From: an uncultured Candidatus Saccharibacteria bacterium
Lineage (GTDB): Bacteria > Patescibacteriota > Minisyncoccia > JAHISW01 > Tagabacteraceae
Direction: 5' to 3'
DNA: 64,000 bases
Assembly: GCA_964601305.1 (NCBI GenBank)
Contig: CAZRMW010000004.1
Coordinates: forward strand, 434-64,433
Made by a program: the position numbers and the translations under genes. Every line of letters begins with the position of its first letter. The first letter of the stretch is position 1. Positions 53,760-64,000 of the stretch are shown here, one piece after another. The notes under the pieces were generated by a model, which saw only the letters and a list, made by a program, of their open reading frames with translations, was not told where the DNA came from and searched no databases.

Positions 53760-56700
53760 TTAATCCTTAAGTTCTAAAACTTGCTCACAAATAATACTTG
53801 CTTCGTCGTTTCTGGTACTAACTTTGCCCTTTATTATAACACATTTATCTTCCACTAAAAGATCTCCAAAATCGTTTAAAACTCTTGGAAAAACTACCAT
53901 TTCCATATCTCCACTAAGATCGGCAACTTTCATAAAAGCCATTGGATCTCCTTTTTTTGTTAAGATATTTTTCACACTTTCTACCATTGCCATAAAGGTA
54001 ACAGGTGTTTGGTTTTTAAATTTTTTGATTGCGGAAATATTTAGTTTTGTTTGTGCCATTTTTTCTCTGTACTTATCCATTGGGTGGCCGGATATATAAA
54101 GACCCAAAAGTTCTTTTTCGTGTTTTAGTCTTTCTTCAGGCTTCATTGGTGAAGTTTTTTCTAGTTGTATTGTTGGAAGCTCGATAGAGTTTTCTAGCCC
54201 TCCAAAGAGGGAAGATTGGTTAGAGGTTTTTTGGCTTTTACTTTCTTTTTGATAGGCTAAAATATTGTCGATATTTTGAAGCAGTGTGTTTCTTTCTTCG
54301 AATTTATCAAAAGCCCCAGCTTTTATTAAAGATTCCAAAGATTTTTTGTTTAAATCTCGAGATTGCACTCTTTCAAGTAAATCTTCTAGCGAAGCAAATG
54401 GACCGTTTTCTTTTCTTTCTGTAATGATATTTTTTACTACATTTTCGCCAACGTTTTTTACAGCTAAAAGTCCAAACCTTATAGCTCTTTCTCCATCGTG
54501 GTTTTCTTTGCTTGCTCCATCTTCTAGCTTTGCAGGGTTGACCAAAGAAAAATCGGTAAAACTTTCATTTATATCTGGCGGTAGTATTTTTATGTTCATT
54601 CTGTTGCATTCAGCGATTATTTCAGCCATTTTATCCATGTCTCCGGACTCTGCGGTTAATACCGCTGTCATAAATTCTCCAGGGTAATTTGCTTTCATAT
54701 ATGCGGTTTGGTAAGAGATCATTCCGTAGCTTGCGGCGTGTGCTTTGTTGAAGCTATAACCCTTGAAAGGATCAAGTAAACTCCAAAGATCTTCTGCTTT
54801 TTGTTTTGTGAGGCCACCATGTTTTTGGCAATCTTCTACAAAAGTTTTTCCTAACTTTGCCATTAATTCTGGTTGTTTTTTGCCAATAGCTTTTCTAAAT
54901 TTATCCACCGTTGCCCATGTATATCCAGCAAGCTCTATAGCTAAAAGCATTACATCTTCTTGGTAAGTGATCACTCCATAAGTTTTTTCTAGAATTTTTT
55001 CAAGTCTCGGATCTGGGTAGCTAATAGGTTCTCTTCCATGTTTCCTGTTTATGTAATGAGGAATATTGTCCATTGGTCCTGGCCTAAAGAGTGAAATCAT
55101 AGCAAAGATATCTGTAATGACAGTTGGCTTAAGTTCTTTTAGATATCTAGTCATTCCAGCGCCATTTAACTGGAAAAGCCCAATAGTTTCTCCACGAGCT
55201 AGAAGTTCAAAACTTTTTTTATCGTCTATTGGTATGTTTAATAAATCTACTTTTATATCTCTTAGTCTTTCTACAAGCTCCACGGCGCGTCCTAAAATAG
55301 AGAGGTTTCTAATTCCTAGAAAATCTAATTTTACAAGCCCAGCATCTTCCGTGGCGTGCATATCAAATTGGGTGATAACGCTATCTCCGCGAGACTCTGA
55401 TTGCAAAGGCAAAAAATCTGTAAGTGGCCCAGGGCTAATTACTACTCCCGCAGCGTGCACAGATACGTGGCGCGCGGAGCCTTCTATTTTTTGAGCAAAA
55501 TCCATAATCTCTTTTGCTTCTTTTTTGTTTTCATATAAATCTTTTAGCTCTGGCACTTGGTCTTTTGCTTTTTGAATGGTCATTGGGTTGCCTTGTGCGC
55601 CCAAAGGAATCATTTTGGCGATTTTGTCGCCAGTGCTGTATTCGTGCCCTAAAACTCTGGTTATGTCTCTTACCGCGGCGCGCGCCATCATAGTTCCAAA
55701 TGTGCCAATTTGCGCGACTTTGTCGTGGCCGTATCTTTGTTTGGCGTACTCAATAAGTTCATCGCGCCTATCATCTGCAAAATCTAAATCTATATCAGGC
55801 AAAGATGGTCTGTATGGATTTAAAAATCTTTCAAAAGGGAGCATATACTCTAGTGGGTCTACATCACTAATTCCGATGAGATAAGAAACTAAAGATCCAG
55901 CAGCAGAGCCTCTGGTGTTTGTAACCACACCTCTTTTTTTAGCTTCGTTTACAAAGTCAGCCACTATTAAAAAATACGCGGCGTATCCTTTGTCGTTTAT
56001 TATTTTTAATTCGTATTCTATTCTTTCAAGTGCTTCTTTTTTTCTTTCTTCATTAAAGTGGCTCCCCCGAGTTTTTAATCCTTCAAAGGTAAGCTTTTTT
56101 AGATAGCTTTTGTCTGTTTCTCCTTTTGGAAGTTCAAAAATAGGGAAAACCCAGTTTGCAATTTCTAATTCGGCATTGCACATTTCGGCAATTTTTAAAG
56201 TATTTTCTATAGCTTGTGGTGCATAGGAAAAATCTCGTATCATTTCTTCTGTTGTTTTAAAAGAAAAATCTTCGTCTTTCATGGAAAGGCGGTTTGTTTC
56301 GTTTACAAGAGTGTTTGTTTGGATGGCAATAAGCGCGTCTTGCGCGGCAGCGTCTTCTTTGTTTAGGTAATGCGAGTCTTGTGTAGCGATAACAGGTATG
56401 TCTAAATTTTTGCTAAGCTCCAAAATTCTTTTGTTTGCTAATTCTTGATGCTCTATGCTCGGGTGGTTTTGAATTTCTAGGAAAAAATTTTCTTTTCCAA
56501 AAATATCTTGATATTTTTTTGCAACCTCTTTGGCTTTCTCTATTCTGTCTGCTACTAGAAGGCGAGGGATTTCTCCACCAAGACAAGCTGTGGAAGCAAT
56601 AATTCCTTTTGAATACTTTTCTAAAATCTCTAAATCCACTCGAGGCTTATAATAAAAACCTTCAAGATGAGCGAGACTAGTGAGCTTGAGCAAGTTTTTA

Positions 56701-56996
56701 TAACCCTCCAAATTTTTTGCTAAAAGTAAAAGGTGATATGGCTTTACATCTACGTGGGCTTCTTTTTGGTGGCGAGAGCGATTGGCTACGTATGCTTCAA
56801 AACCTAAAATTGGTTTTACCTCTGCCTTTTTTGCGGTTTTAAAAAACTCGATAGCTCCATGCATATTGCCATGGTCTGTAAGCGCGACGGCGGGCATATT
56901 GTATTTTTTTGTAGCATCAACAAGAGGGCCAATCTTAGTAAGACCGTCTAAGAGTGAATAGTGAGAATGATTGTGTAAGTGTACGAATTTGGACAT
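53760..56996 (-). CDS. dnaE: DNA polymerase III alpha subunit
   Basis: FVHLHNHSHYSLLDG (PHP), RGSAAGSLV, PDIDLD, FNKAHA; ATG at 56996. Confidence 0.97.
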   Translation of the reverse strand: MSKFVHLHNHSHYSLLDGLTKIGPLVDATKKYNMPAVALTDHGNMHGAIEFFKTAKKAEVKPILGFEAYVANRSRHQKEAHVDVKPYHLLLLAKNLEGYKNLLKLTSLAHLEGFYYKPRVDLEILEKYSKGIIASTACLGGEIPRLLVADRIEKAKEVAKKYQDIFGKENFFLEIQNHPSIEHQELANKRILELSKNLDIPVIATQDSHYLNKEDAAAQDALIAIQTNTLVNETNRLSMKDEDFSFKTTEEMIRDFSYAPQAIENTLKIAEMCNAELEIANWVFPIFELPKGETDKSYLKKLTFEGLKTRGSHFNEERKKEALERIEYELKIINDKGYAAYFLIVADFVNEAKKRGVVTNTRGSAAGSLVSYLIGISDVDPLEYMLPFERFLNPYRPSLPDIDLDFADDRRDELIEYAKQRYGHDKVAQIGTFGTMMARAAVRDITRVLGHEYSTGDKIAKMIPLGAQGNPMTIQKAKDQVPELKDLYENKKEAKEIMDFAQKIEGSARHVSVHAAGVVISPGPLTDFLPLQSESRGDSVITQFDMHATEDAGLVKLDFLGIRNLSILGRAVELVERLRDIKVDLLNIPIDDKKSFELLARGETIGLFQLNGAGMTRYLKELKPTVITDIFAMISLFRPGPMDNIPHYINRKHGREPISYPDPRLEKILEKTYGVITYQEDVMLLAIELAGYTWATVDKFRKAIGKKQPELMAKLGKTFVEDCQKHGGLTKQKAEDLWSLLDPFKGYSFNKAHAASYGMISYQTAYMKANYPGEFMTAVLTAESGDMDKMAEIIAECNRMNIKILPPDINESFTDFSLVNPAKLEDGASKENHDGERAIRFGLLAVKNVGENVVKNIITERKENGPFASLEDLLERVQSRDLNKKSLESLIKAGAFDKFEERNTLLQNIDNILAYQKESKSQKTSNQSSLFGGLENSIELPTIQLEKTSPMKPEERLKHEKELLGLYISGHPMDKYREKMAQTKLNISAIKKFKNQTPVTFMAMVESVKNILTKKGDPMAFMKVADLSGDMEMVVFPRVLNDFGDLLVEDKCVIIKGKVSTRNDEASIICEQVLELKD

Positions 56997-57078
56997 TGAC
57001 TTTTTTTTTTGATTTGTTAGTATATAAGGACTAAACGTGGGGCGGATATTTCGTATGTCCGTCTCTTCTTTTGTCTGT

Positions 57079-57678
57079 CTATTTGAATTGTATATATTTT
57101 TTAAGCCTAGAAAAATCTCTAAACTTTCCACCAGCAAATTGCTTAATTTCTTTGGCAGTTCTAGAGCTTCTTGATAATATTATAATTTCTTTTTCCTCTT
57201 CTTTTAAGTATTTCAAAACTGGTAAAAAATCTCCATCTCCAGATAAAATAATAGCACGGTCAAAACTATCTTTTTCTTTCATTAAATAAAAAGCCATTTC
57301 TACATCGCAATTGGCTTTCTTTATGGTTTTTTCATTTTCTTGAGAATAGAGTTTTACAGGTTTTAATAAAAGTCTATAACCAAACTTTTTTAGTTTTGCA
57401 TAAAATTTAATGCGCTTAATATGTTGCTTGGCTTCGAGATTTTCTTTTTGAATTAGTTTGTCGAGGTATTTTTCTAATTTTTCTATTGGGATAGTCTCTT
57501 CTTTTAAATAATTATATTTAAAATTGTGTATTTCTGCACCACCAAAATAAAAAGCTTTGCTAACGCCATATTTATCTTCCAAATATTTTAGGAGTTTTTG
57601 ATAGTCTATTTTCCAGCCTAAACTTTTTTCTCCACCATAAAACAAATTGGAAGCGTCTATAAAAACATAAGTTGTCAT
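57079..57678 (-). CDS. NYN/LabA-like PIN-fold protein
   Basis: FIDASNL, KANCDVEM, LSGDGDF. Confidence 0.87.
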   Translation of the reverse strand: MTTYVFIDASNLFYGGEKSLGWKIDYQKLLKYLEDKYGVSKAFYFGGAEIHNFKYNYLKEETIPIEKLEKYLDKLIQKENLEAKQHIKRIKFYAKLKKFGYRLLLKPVKLYSQENEKTIKKANCDVEMAFYLMKEKDSFDRAIILSGDGDFLPVLKYLKEEEKEIIILSRSSRTAKEIKQFAGGKFRDFSRLKKYIQFK

Positions 57679-57961
57679 TGATTTTATACTACAAGATTTT
57701 TCTAAATTTATCCAAATTTTATTCATTTTTTATTTTTTATAAAAAGGTACAACTCTCGTGCTATAGCATAGGTGTTGTTCCTATTTACTTTTTTCTTAAG
57801 GTGTGGTAACTATAAATCAGTTAGTTTTTTGACAGCATCACATTGGCTAGAGTCGCGTTGTTTTTACAAAAAATTTTTTTTGCGAGAACAGGGCAGGTTG
57901 ATTGCTTAATTAACAGCAATTTTTTAACCAATCCCGCCGAGCGGGGCAAGGAGTAAACAAA

Positions 57962-58825
57962 ATGAGAACATTAAAAATTGATGATCCAGAAAAAAACAGT
58001 GTGAAAGAACAACAGAGTCGAGGATTTTTTGAGGATTTTTGTGTCTTTTGGAAGAGTAATGATAATTTATCTATAGCTCTTGTGTTTATAAGGGGTCTAT
58101 CAAAAGTCGGGCCTCTCAGTGAGTATCCTGGAGGGAGTGGCTCTATGTACGAGAAATTTGGGTGTTTACAACATGTGTTAAATACAAGTGGTTCTCATTC
58201 CCATGTTGTTAAAAATGGAATATATCGAGCTGTTTTAGAGACTTTTCTAGAATTAGATTCTAAATGGCCAGATAAAAAATATACGGTTTATACATCTTGT
58301 CGGTGCAAAATTTTAACTATTCTTTCTTCTTCAAATTTTCGCGAGTACACGATAGGTCTTGAGGGGAAAATAAAAAAGTTTATGCGGTCGTATCTCAATG
58401 CTGTAAAGAAAAAAGATATGGATGGGCACGATATTCTCCATGTTTTAATGAATTTCAGAATGTACAACGAGATGGAGACTTATGGCTTTACAAAAACTCA
58501 TCATCTTGCTTATTTGTGGGACCATGCTTTTTGGGGTTCTGTAGGGTATAAAAAGGAGTCTCACGACTCTAAATTTAACGGCGGGCTTGCTTGGAATTTG
58601 TTTGAAGTAAAAGATGGAGAAAGATATCTTGCAAATTTTTATGATAGAAAAATAGGGGAGGCATTTATAAAAATGCTTTTTACTCCATCTGAAAAAGTAA
58701 AAAATCCCAGAAGCTTGGAATTTATCCGCAAAGTAATGATCAATAAAGGAATCATTCACAATATTTTCAGGTTGGGTGATACTGATATTAAGGAGTTTCT
58801 TGAAGACAAAAGTTTTGCAGACTAA
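57962..58825 (+). CDS. Hypothetical protein
   Basis: 287-aa ORF with AAGGAG SD and downstream terminator. Confidence 0.65.
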   Translation: MRTLKIDDPEKNSVKEQQSRGFFEDFCVFWKSNDNLSIALVFIRGLSKVGPLSEYPGGSGSMYEKFGCLQHVLNTSGSHSHVVKNGIYRAVLETFLELDSKWPDKKYTVYTSCRCKILTILSSSNFREYTIGLEGKIKKFMRSYLNAVKKKDMDGHDILHVLMNFRMYNEMETYGFTKTHHLAYLWDHAFWGSVGYKKESHDSKFNGGLAWNLFEVKDGERYLANFYDRKIGEAFIKMLFTPSEKVKNPRSLEFIRKVMINKGIIHNIFRLGDTDIKEFLEDKSFAD

Positions 58826-58852
58826 ATGATATGTAGTCGGTTAAACAACATT

Positions 58853-58888
58853 GCCCTGCGAGCATTGCGCTCCGCAGGGCGTTTTTTG
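58853..58888 (+). terminator. Terminator repeat (identical copy at 60650-60684)
   Basis: gccctgcgagcattgcgctccgcagggcgttttt at both sites. Confidence 0.75.
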
Positions 58889-59020
58889 ACTTTAAAACCT
58901 AATGATTGAAGTTGGACTTCAATCATAAACCAGTCAAACCACCTAAATCTAGGGCTAGATTTAGGTGGTTCCAAAAACCTACTCTAAGCGGTGCTATCGC
59001 CCCAGTTAGGGTAGGTTTTA

Positions 59021-59091
59021 TTTTTCTTGACAGGAGTGTTTTTGTTGTGTTAATTTTTGTGTAGGTTTAAGTGATTTTGAAAATTGAATAA
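59021..59091 (+). promoter_or_regulatory. Duplicated promoter/leader (second copy 60808-60877) with boxA-like motif
   Basis: ttcttgac...ttgtgtta.tttttgtgtaggtttaagtgattttgaaaaYtgaataa. Confidence 0.7.
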
Positions 59092-59198
59092 AAACTAACA
59101 ATCAACCCAAACAGCCCGCCGCAAATTTATACCACGCCTGCAGAAGCTATGCTTCAGCATTGCGGGCAGGTATGCAGGCGGGCAAGAGCGAGGTAAAA

Positions 59199-60632
59199 AT
59201 GGAATTTACAGTAAGTACAGAGAGAAAATTTCCAAGCACGGTTCTTTTTGTTTCAAGCAGGGACGAGACATATACTTTTGCTAAAGATGTTGGTCATGGA
59301 GAAATTCAGATTGCTCTTGGAAAAGATTTTGAAAGAATTACTGAAGCAGAATTTGTAATGAAGTGCAGAGAAATTGTTTTGGAGGCGAGAAAGTTTAATA
59401 TAAAGTATCTTGATATAGATATCGAACATTTGCCCACGGCACTTAGTGGAAAAATTGCCTTAAGTAATTTAATCGAAATTTTGACGCTTAATCTTGTTTT
59501 GGCAGATTATGAGTTTAACAGGTACAAAAAAGAACCCAAAGATGGATGGAAAAATTTGAAGGAAGTAAATATTTTATCGAAAATGTTTGATTCGGATAGA
59601 TCGAAGGGCGTCCATAAAAAGATAATTGATAGACAAAAAATGATTGCCGAGGGGATTAATGCCTGTCGCGAGCTTTCAAACAGGCGTGGAAATGATGTAA
59701 ATCCAGGAGTATTTACGCAACATGTGTTAGACAACGTTCGTTGTCTGAAAATGAATCGTCCAGAGTATGAGCTAGATTTGAAAGTTTTTGAGGCAAAACA
59801 AATAGGAACAGGGGGTATGGGTGGAATTTTGGCTGTTGGAGGTGGCTCAGACAATGAACCCTATTTGTTGGTTTTAGAATACAATGGTGGTAAGTCAAAA
59901 GAAAAACCACTTGTTCTTGTAGGGAAAGGTGTAACTTTTGACTCTGGTGGTATCAATCTGAAATCTGATGGTGGCGAGGACATGCATTTGGATAAAACTG
60001 GTGCATGTGTGGCTCTTTATACAGTTTTGCTTGCTCAAAAACTGGGTTTAAAGAAAAACCTCGTGGCCGTAATTCCACTTGTGGAAAATATGCCGTCGGG
60101 AACATCGTACAAAAGGGGTGATGTGCTAACAATGTACGGCGGAAAAACTGTTGAGGTTGCAAATACTGATGCTGAAGGAAGACTTATCTTGGCAGATGCC
60201 ATTGCCTATGCTTGCGACAAGTTTGAGCCTTATGCGGTGATAGATATTGCCACGCTCACGGGCGCAGCGTGCGTAGCGCTTGGGAGCTATCGTACAGCAG
60301 TCTTTTCAAATGCCTCGGGAAGAGATATAAGGCTTGAGCTCAGTGGTTTAGGAGAGTTGGTTGCTGACCCTATGTGGCACATACCTCTAGATCCACAGTT
60401 TTCTAAAGAGATTAAGAGTGATGTGGCAGATATTAAAAATATTGGAGAAAAAATGGGCGGAGCGAGTAGCGCGGCAGCATTTTTGAAAGAGTTTGTTGAA
60501 AAAGATGTGCCGTGGATACATCTAGATGTTGCTCCCAGGATGAAGGCGCACAGTAGCGACAAACTTGTCGACAAAGGCTCTGTGGCACCGACAATGCTTG
60601 CCCTGATCAATATGATTTTGATAGCAGAGTAA
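59199..60632 (+). CDS. pepA: Leucyl aminopeptidase (M17)
   Basis: VGKGVTFDSGG, NTDAEGRL.LAD, DIATLTGA, W.HLDVA. Confidence 0.93.
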   Translation: MEFTVSTERKFPSTVLFVSSRDETYTFAKDVGHGEIQIALGKDFERITEAEFVMKCREIVLEARKFNIKYLDIDIEHLPTALSGKIALSNLIEILTLNLVLADYEFNRYKKEPKDGWKNLKEVNILSKMFDSDRSKGVHKKIIDRQKMIAEGINACRELSNRRGNDVNPGVFTQHVLDNVRCLKMNRPEYELDLKVFEAKQIGTGGMGGILAVGGGSDNEPYLLVLEYNGGKSKEKPLVLVGKGVTFDSGGINLKSDGGEDMHLDKTGACVALYTVLLAQKLGLKKNLVAVIPLVENMPSGTSYKRGDVLTMYGGKTVEVANTDAEGRLILADAIAYACDKFEPYAVIDIATLTGAACVALGSYRTAVFSNASGRDIRLELSGLGELVADPMWHIPLDPQFSKEIKSDVADIKNIGEKMGGASSAAAFLKEFVEKDVPWIHLDVAPRMKAHSSDKLVDKGSVAPTMLALINMILIAE

Positions 60633-60897
60633 AAACAAAAAACAATACCGCCCTGCGAGCATTGCGCTCCGCAGGGCGTTTTTTATGCCCCAAAACAGTT
60701 AATTCCATCAAATCTAGGGCCGTTTTGATAGAATTAGACCTTTTTTGCGGGATTTTACCCATATTTTCTGGAATATTTACATCGACATCCGATGTCGATG
60801 TAGACTATTTTTCTTGACGAGGGTCTTTGGTTGTGTTAGTTTTTGTGTAGGTTTAAGTGATTTTGAAAACTGAATAACTAACAAAAAGAGGCAAAAA

Positions 60898-61191
60898 ATG
60901 GATGCTTCGAGCGAACAAAAAGGCGATAAAAAAAATTTACAACACCCAACAAATGGAACAGTTCATGGGCAAGGTACTCCTTGGAGATTGTTTGGTCCGG
61001 CTTGTGGGGCAAAAAAAACTTCATTTTTGTCTCAGATAAATATTACTATTTCTAAGACAGGGATATTAATACAAAAAAAATTGTCGCCAAAATTTGTTGA
61101 AACAGAAAGAAAAATAAATTGTAAAAATTGTTTGAAAATATTTGAAAGAAGTTGTTTTTATAAAATTAAACAGAGAGGTTTTATATGTTAA
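60898..61191 (+). CDS. Small Cys-containing hypothetical protein
   Basis: H..., PACG and C..C motifs; follows duplicated leader and GAGG SD. Confidence 0.5.
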   Translation: MDASSEQKGDKKNLQHPTNGTVHGQGTPWRLFGPACGAKKTSFLSQINITISKTGILIQKKLSPKFVETERKINCKNCLKIFERSCFYKIKQRGFIC

Positions 61192-61616
61192 AAAAATTTA
61201 GGTTTTGGTTGAGCAATCTTTTTTTTGAAAAGTTTTTGAAACGGGATCCAGTAAAAGATGTGGCAAAGAAAATTATTAAAGAAACAGATTTGTATAATGA
61301 AGAACATAATAGTCCTCGATGCCTTGGGATTACTTGTAATAATAAAGACGTTAGAGAGCAGCGAACTGGAAGCGAAGGCCTCTTTACTCAACCTCATAAA
61401 TATTGGGTATGTGTAGAATGTGGACACGTACAAGATAATAATGGAGCAAGCTACAAACGGGATTTTGAAGAATTAGACAAGAAAAGAATAATAAAAGATG
61501 GCGATACTTACAGGTATAGATTTTTTACAAATGAACAAATAGCTGGGATTTATGGTATTGGAACTGTTTTAATAGTTTTTTTAATATTTCTTTACTATAT
61601 TTTTAAAACTTTCTAA
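61185..61616 (+). CDS. Hypothetical zinc-ribbon protein with C-terminal TM
   Basis: C....C and CVECGH motifs; C-terminal hydrophobic helix. Confidence 0.6.
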   Translation: MLKKFRFWLSNLFFEKFLKRDPVKDVAKKIIKETDLYNEEHNSPRCLGITCNNKDVREQRTGSEGLFTQPHKYWVCVECGHVQDNNGASYKRDFEELDKKRIIKDGDTYRYRFFTNEQIAGIYGIGTVLIVFLIFLYYIFKTF

Positions 61617-61674
61617 AATTTATCTCAAATTTAAAGGGCCCACGACTTTGCGTCGGGGTCTTTTGTTTTTTTGT

Positions 61675-62124
61675 TTATAGAGAAAAAAGGATCAAAGCTA
61701 AAATAGTTGTTAGGTAATACCCCCTTGGAAATGGTCCCCACCAGTTTTTGTGCCAAGGGATGTTTTTGGATTTAAATTTTGAAATACCAAAAGCTGGATT
61801 GAAAACAAACCATAAAAAATCTTCAACCATTAAAAAGAGCAAAAAACCTCCAACGATGGTTGTTTCTACAGAAATACTCCATTTTATTCCCCAAAACAGA
61901 GGTAAGTGGAAAAAGAAAAGCGTCAAAGCCCAGAGAGATAAATGGTATCCAGTGAGCTCTTTTTTATTTAGTAAAAAACATAAAATCCTTGAAGACAGTT
62001 TTTTTGGATTAGAGCGCCATGTGGGAAGATTTTTTGCCCAACCGCAAGGGCCTTCTATTTGTATTTCTAAAATAGCTAAAATAATGGCGGCAACAAAAAT
62101 AAAAATTAAAAATTGTATTAACAT
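61675..62124 (-). CDS. Membrane protein
   Basis: EIQIEG..GWA.NLPTWR, LTGYH, EDFLWFV.NP; 4 TM helices. Confidence 0.75.
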   Translation of the reverse strand: MLIQFLIFIFVAAIILAILEIQIEGPCGWAKNLPTWRSNPKKLSSRILCFLLNKKELTGYHLSLWALTLFFFHLPLFWGIKWSISVETTIVGGFLLFLMVEDFLWFVFNPAFGISKFKSKNIPWHKNWWGPFPRGYYLTTILALILFSL

Positions 62125-62146
62125 ATGTTAGAATTATAACAACAAT

Positions 62147-63394
62147 ATGAGAATTTTTAAGTGGATAATAATAGTTTTAATATTTTTGGCTTTGGTTTTT
62201 TCTTTGTTTCTTTTTGATGTACCTTTTTTGAGTAGGGCTCTAGATAATATCGCAGGTCCTTTTTTTGCACAAAAAATTACTACTGATGAATTGAGACATA
62301 AATACGATAGGGGCAAAATTAGTGTACTTGTAGTTCCTGGGCACGACAATATTTCTACAGGAGGGCAATACAAAAGACTTCAAGAAAACGATTTGAATAT
62401 AGAGCTAGCCCAGTATCTCCACGAGTATTTTTTAGAGGATGAAAATTTTTCAGTATTTAAAACGCGCGATAGGTGGGGGAATTATAACTCTTGGTTTTTA
62501 GAGTATTTGGAAAAAGAAGGAGAATCTGTAAGCAGATTTAGAGATAGTGTTAAAAAATATATGTCTTATGTGCTGGGGGAGGGGCTTGTGGAGCGCGCCG
62601 TGAAAGTTTTTCACAATCCAGCTGCAGATAACGTGTCTTTAAATCTGTATGCAATAAACAAATGGGCAAATGACAATAATATAGATATAGTTATTCACGT
62701 CCATTTTAATGATTATCCGACGAGGTATTATGGTTGGCCAGGTAAATATTCCGGTTTTTCTATTTATGTGCCTGAGAGTCAGCTCCCAAACTCTGAGGCT
62801 AGTATAGATTTGGCAAACAATATAAGGGGGAGGCTAGAAAAATATTTTGCAAAGAGCAATTTTCCTGGAGAGGCTGATACTGTTGTGGAAGATCAGCAGC
62901 TTATTGCGGTTGGTTCTAATGCGTCTAGAGATGGAGTATCCGTTCTTGTTGAATACGGCTATATTTATGAGCCACAAATTAGAAGTAATAGTCTTAGATC
63001 TACAACAATGAAAGAGATGGCTTTTCAGACCTTTTTGGGAACAAAAGATTTTTTTAGAAAAAATTTATCTGAGGGAGATTCCCGCCCGCCATCGCAAGAC
63101 TCAGGCGTTGCGGGCGCGGCGATCTCCAACAGAACTACTTTGTTGCCGTATAAATGGGAAAATGTTTTACAAAAAGGCATTAAAGATTCTTTAGACGTAT
63201 TGCATTTGCAGGCAGCTCTCCATGAAAGTGGTTTTTATCCTCCAAAAGGGAAAACTTTGTCTAACTGCCCAATGAGTGGAAATTTTGGAAATTGTACTTG
63301 GGAGGCGGTGTGTGAATTTCAGAAAAAATATGATTTGGGCTGCGTTGGCGTCGTAGGCCCAAATACACTTGAAAAGTTAAATGAGTTATATTAA
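62147..63394 (+). CDS. N-acetylmuramoyl-L-alanine amidase with peptidoglycan-binding domain
   Basis: VPGH, E..LN, HVHFN, LVEYGY; LQ..L...GF, G.FG..T..AV..FQ, G.VGP.T. Confidence 0.85.
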   Translation: MRIFKWIIIVLIFLALVFSLFLFDVPFLSRALDNIAGPFFAQKITTDELRHKYDRGKISVLVVPGHDNISTGGQYKRLQENDLNIELAQYLHEYFLEDENFSVFKTRDRWGNYNSWFLEYLEKEGESVSRFRDSVKKYMSYVLGEGLVERAVKVFHNPAADNVSLNLYAINKWANDNNIDIVIHVHFNDYPTRYYGWPGKYSGFSIYVPESQLPNSEASIDLANNIRGRLEKYFAKSNFPGEADTVVEDQQLIAVGSNASRDGVSVLVEYGYIYEPQIRSNSLRSTTMKEMAFQTFLGTKDFFRKNLSEGDSRPPSQDSGVAGAAISNRTTLLPYKWENVLQKGIKDSLDVLHLQAALHESGFYPPKGKTLSNCPMSGNFGNCTWEAVCEFQKKYDLGCVGVVGPNTLEKLNELY

Positions 63395-63399
63395 TTTGC

Positions 63400-63475
63400 T
63401 TGACTTTTTATTTTTATAGAATACAATTATTTGTACTAATAGATTATGTCTATTAGTTGTTTTTTGAGAACTGAA
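63400..63475 (+). promoter_or_regulatory. rrn promoter and boxA-like site
   Basis: TTGACT-16-TACAAT; gttttttgagaactgaa at 63459. Confidence 0.65.
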
Positions 63476-63708
63476 TTAAGAGAAACACAATTTGTGCAAC
63501 AAATATTTTTTAACACATCATAATATCTTTTATTTTGTTCCGTTCTGATCTTACTCACGAATGAAGTGAGTGATTTGTAAGATCTGAACCCCGAGATAAA
63601 TTCTTAGAATTTATTTTTCGGGGTTCGTATTATTGCCACGAAAAATGAAATTATTTAAATAATTTCATCTCGTGGCTCTAATAAATACAATCACGATCCT
63701 CGTGAGTA

Positions 63709-64000
63709 TTTATTGAGAGTTTGATCCTAGCTCAGGATGAACGCTGGCGACGTGGATAAGGCATGCAAGTCAAGGGGGTTTAATTTATTAAACAACCGGC
63801 AAACGGGGTAGTAACACGTAGGAATCTGCCCTAATCTCGGGAATAACCCATCGAAAGATGGACTAATACCCGATAGTCCCTTCGGGGTAAAGGTGCTCTT
63901 CGGAGTTTCCGGATTAGGATGAGCCTGCGGGCTATCAGCTTGTTGGTGGGGTAAAAGCCCACCAAGGCGATGACGGCTAGGGGAGGTGAGAGCCTGACCC
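63709..64000 (+). rRNA. rrs: 16S rRNA (5' part, truncated by window end)
   Basis: AGAGTTTGATCCTAGCTCAGGATGAACGCTGGCG, GCATGCAAGTC, GTAACACGT, CTAATACC. Confidence 0.98.

Overview
AT-rich bacterial chromosome segment (genetic code 11). Gene content points to Patescibacteria/CPR (Parcubacteria-like): truncated RF1, ThrS, PheS and PheT, short SMC, and rpsP-khpA-trmD without rimM. It carries housekeeping genes (rplY, prfA, rpmE, rpsB-tsf, rpmF-nusB-rnc-smc, rpsP-khpA-trmD, rpoBC, dnaG, murJ, lepA, pheST, gyrB, thrS, dnaE, pepA), three RelE/YafQ-type TA pairs, tRNA-Thr, a degenerate tRNA-Gly, RNase P RNA and the start of a 16S rRNA gene. Five things stand out. (1) An independently transcribed, ~550-nt structured non-coding RNA (51747-52290) whose motifs resemble OLE RNA. 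(2) A GxxExxY PD-(D/E)xK nuclease domain inserted in frame into LepA and bracketed by DNA inverted repeats; a four-helix-bundle gene is similarly bracketed by inverted heptamer arrays. (3) A family of short GC-rich hairpins ending in CA(A/G)G inserted in frame in many essential genes, with two filled-versus-empty site pairs visible in the window. (4) A GIY-YIG gene lying between a duplicated 5' tRNA fragment and the intact tRNA. (5) rrn-type boxA-like leaders and strong SD sites in front of accessory genes. All identifications were made by eye from motifs; no searches were run.
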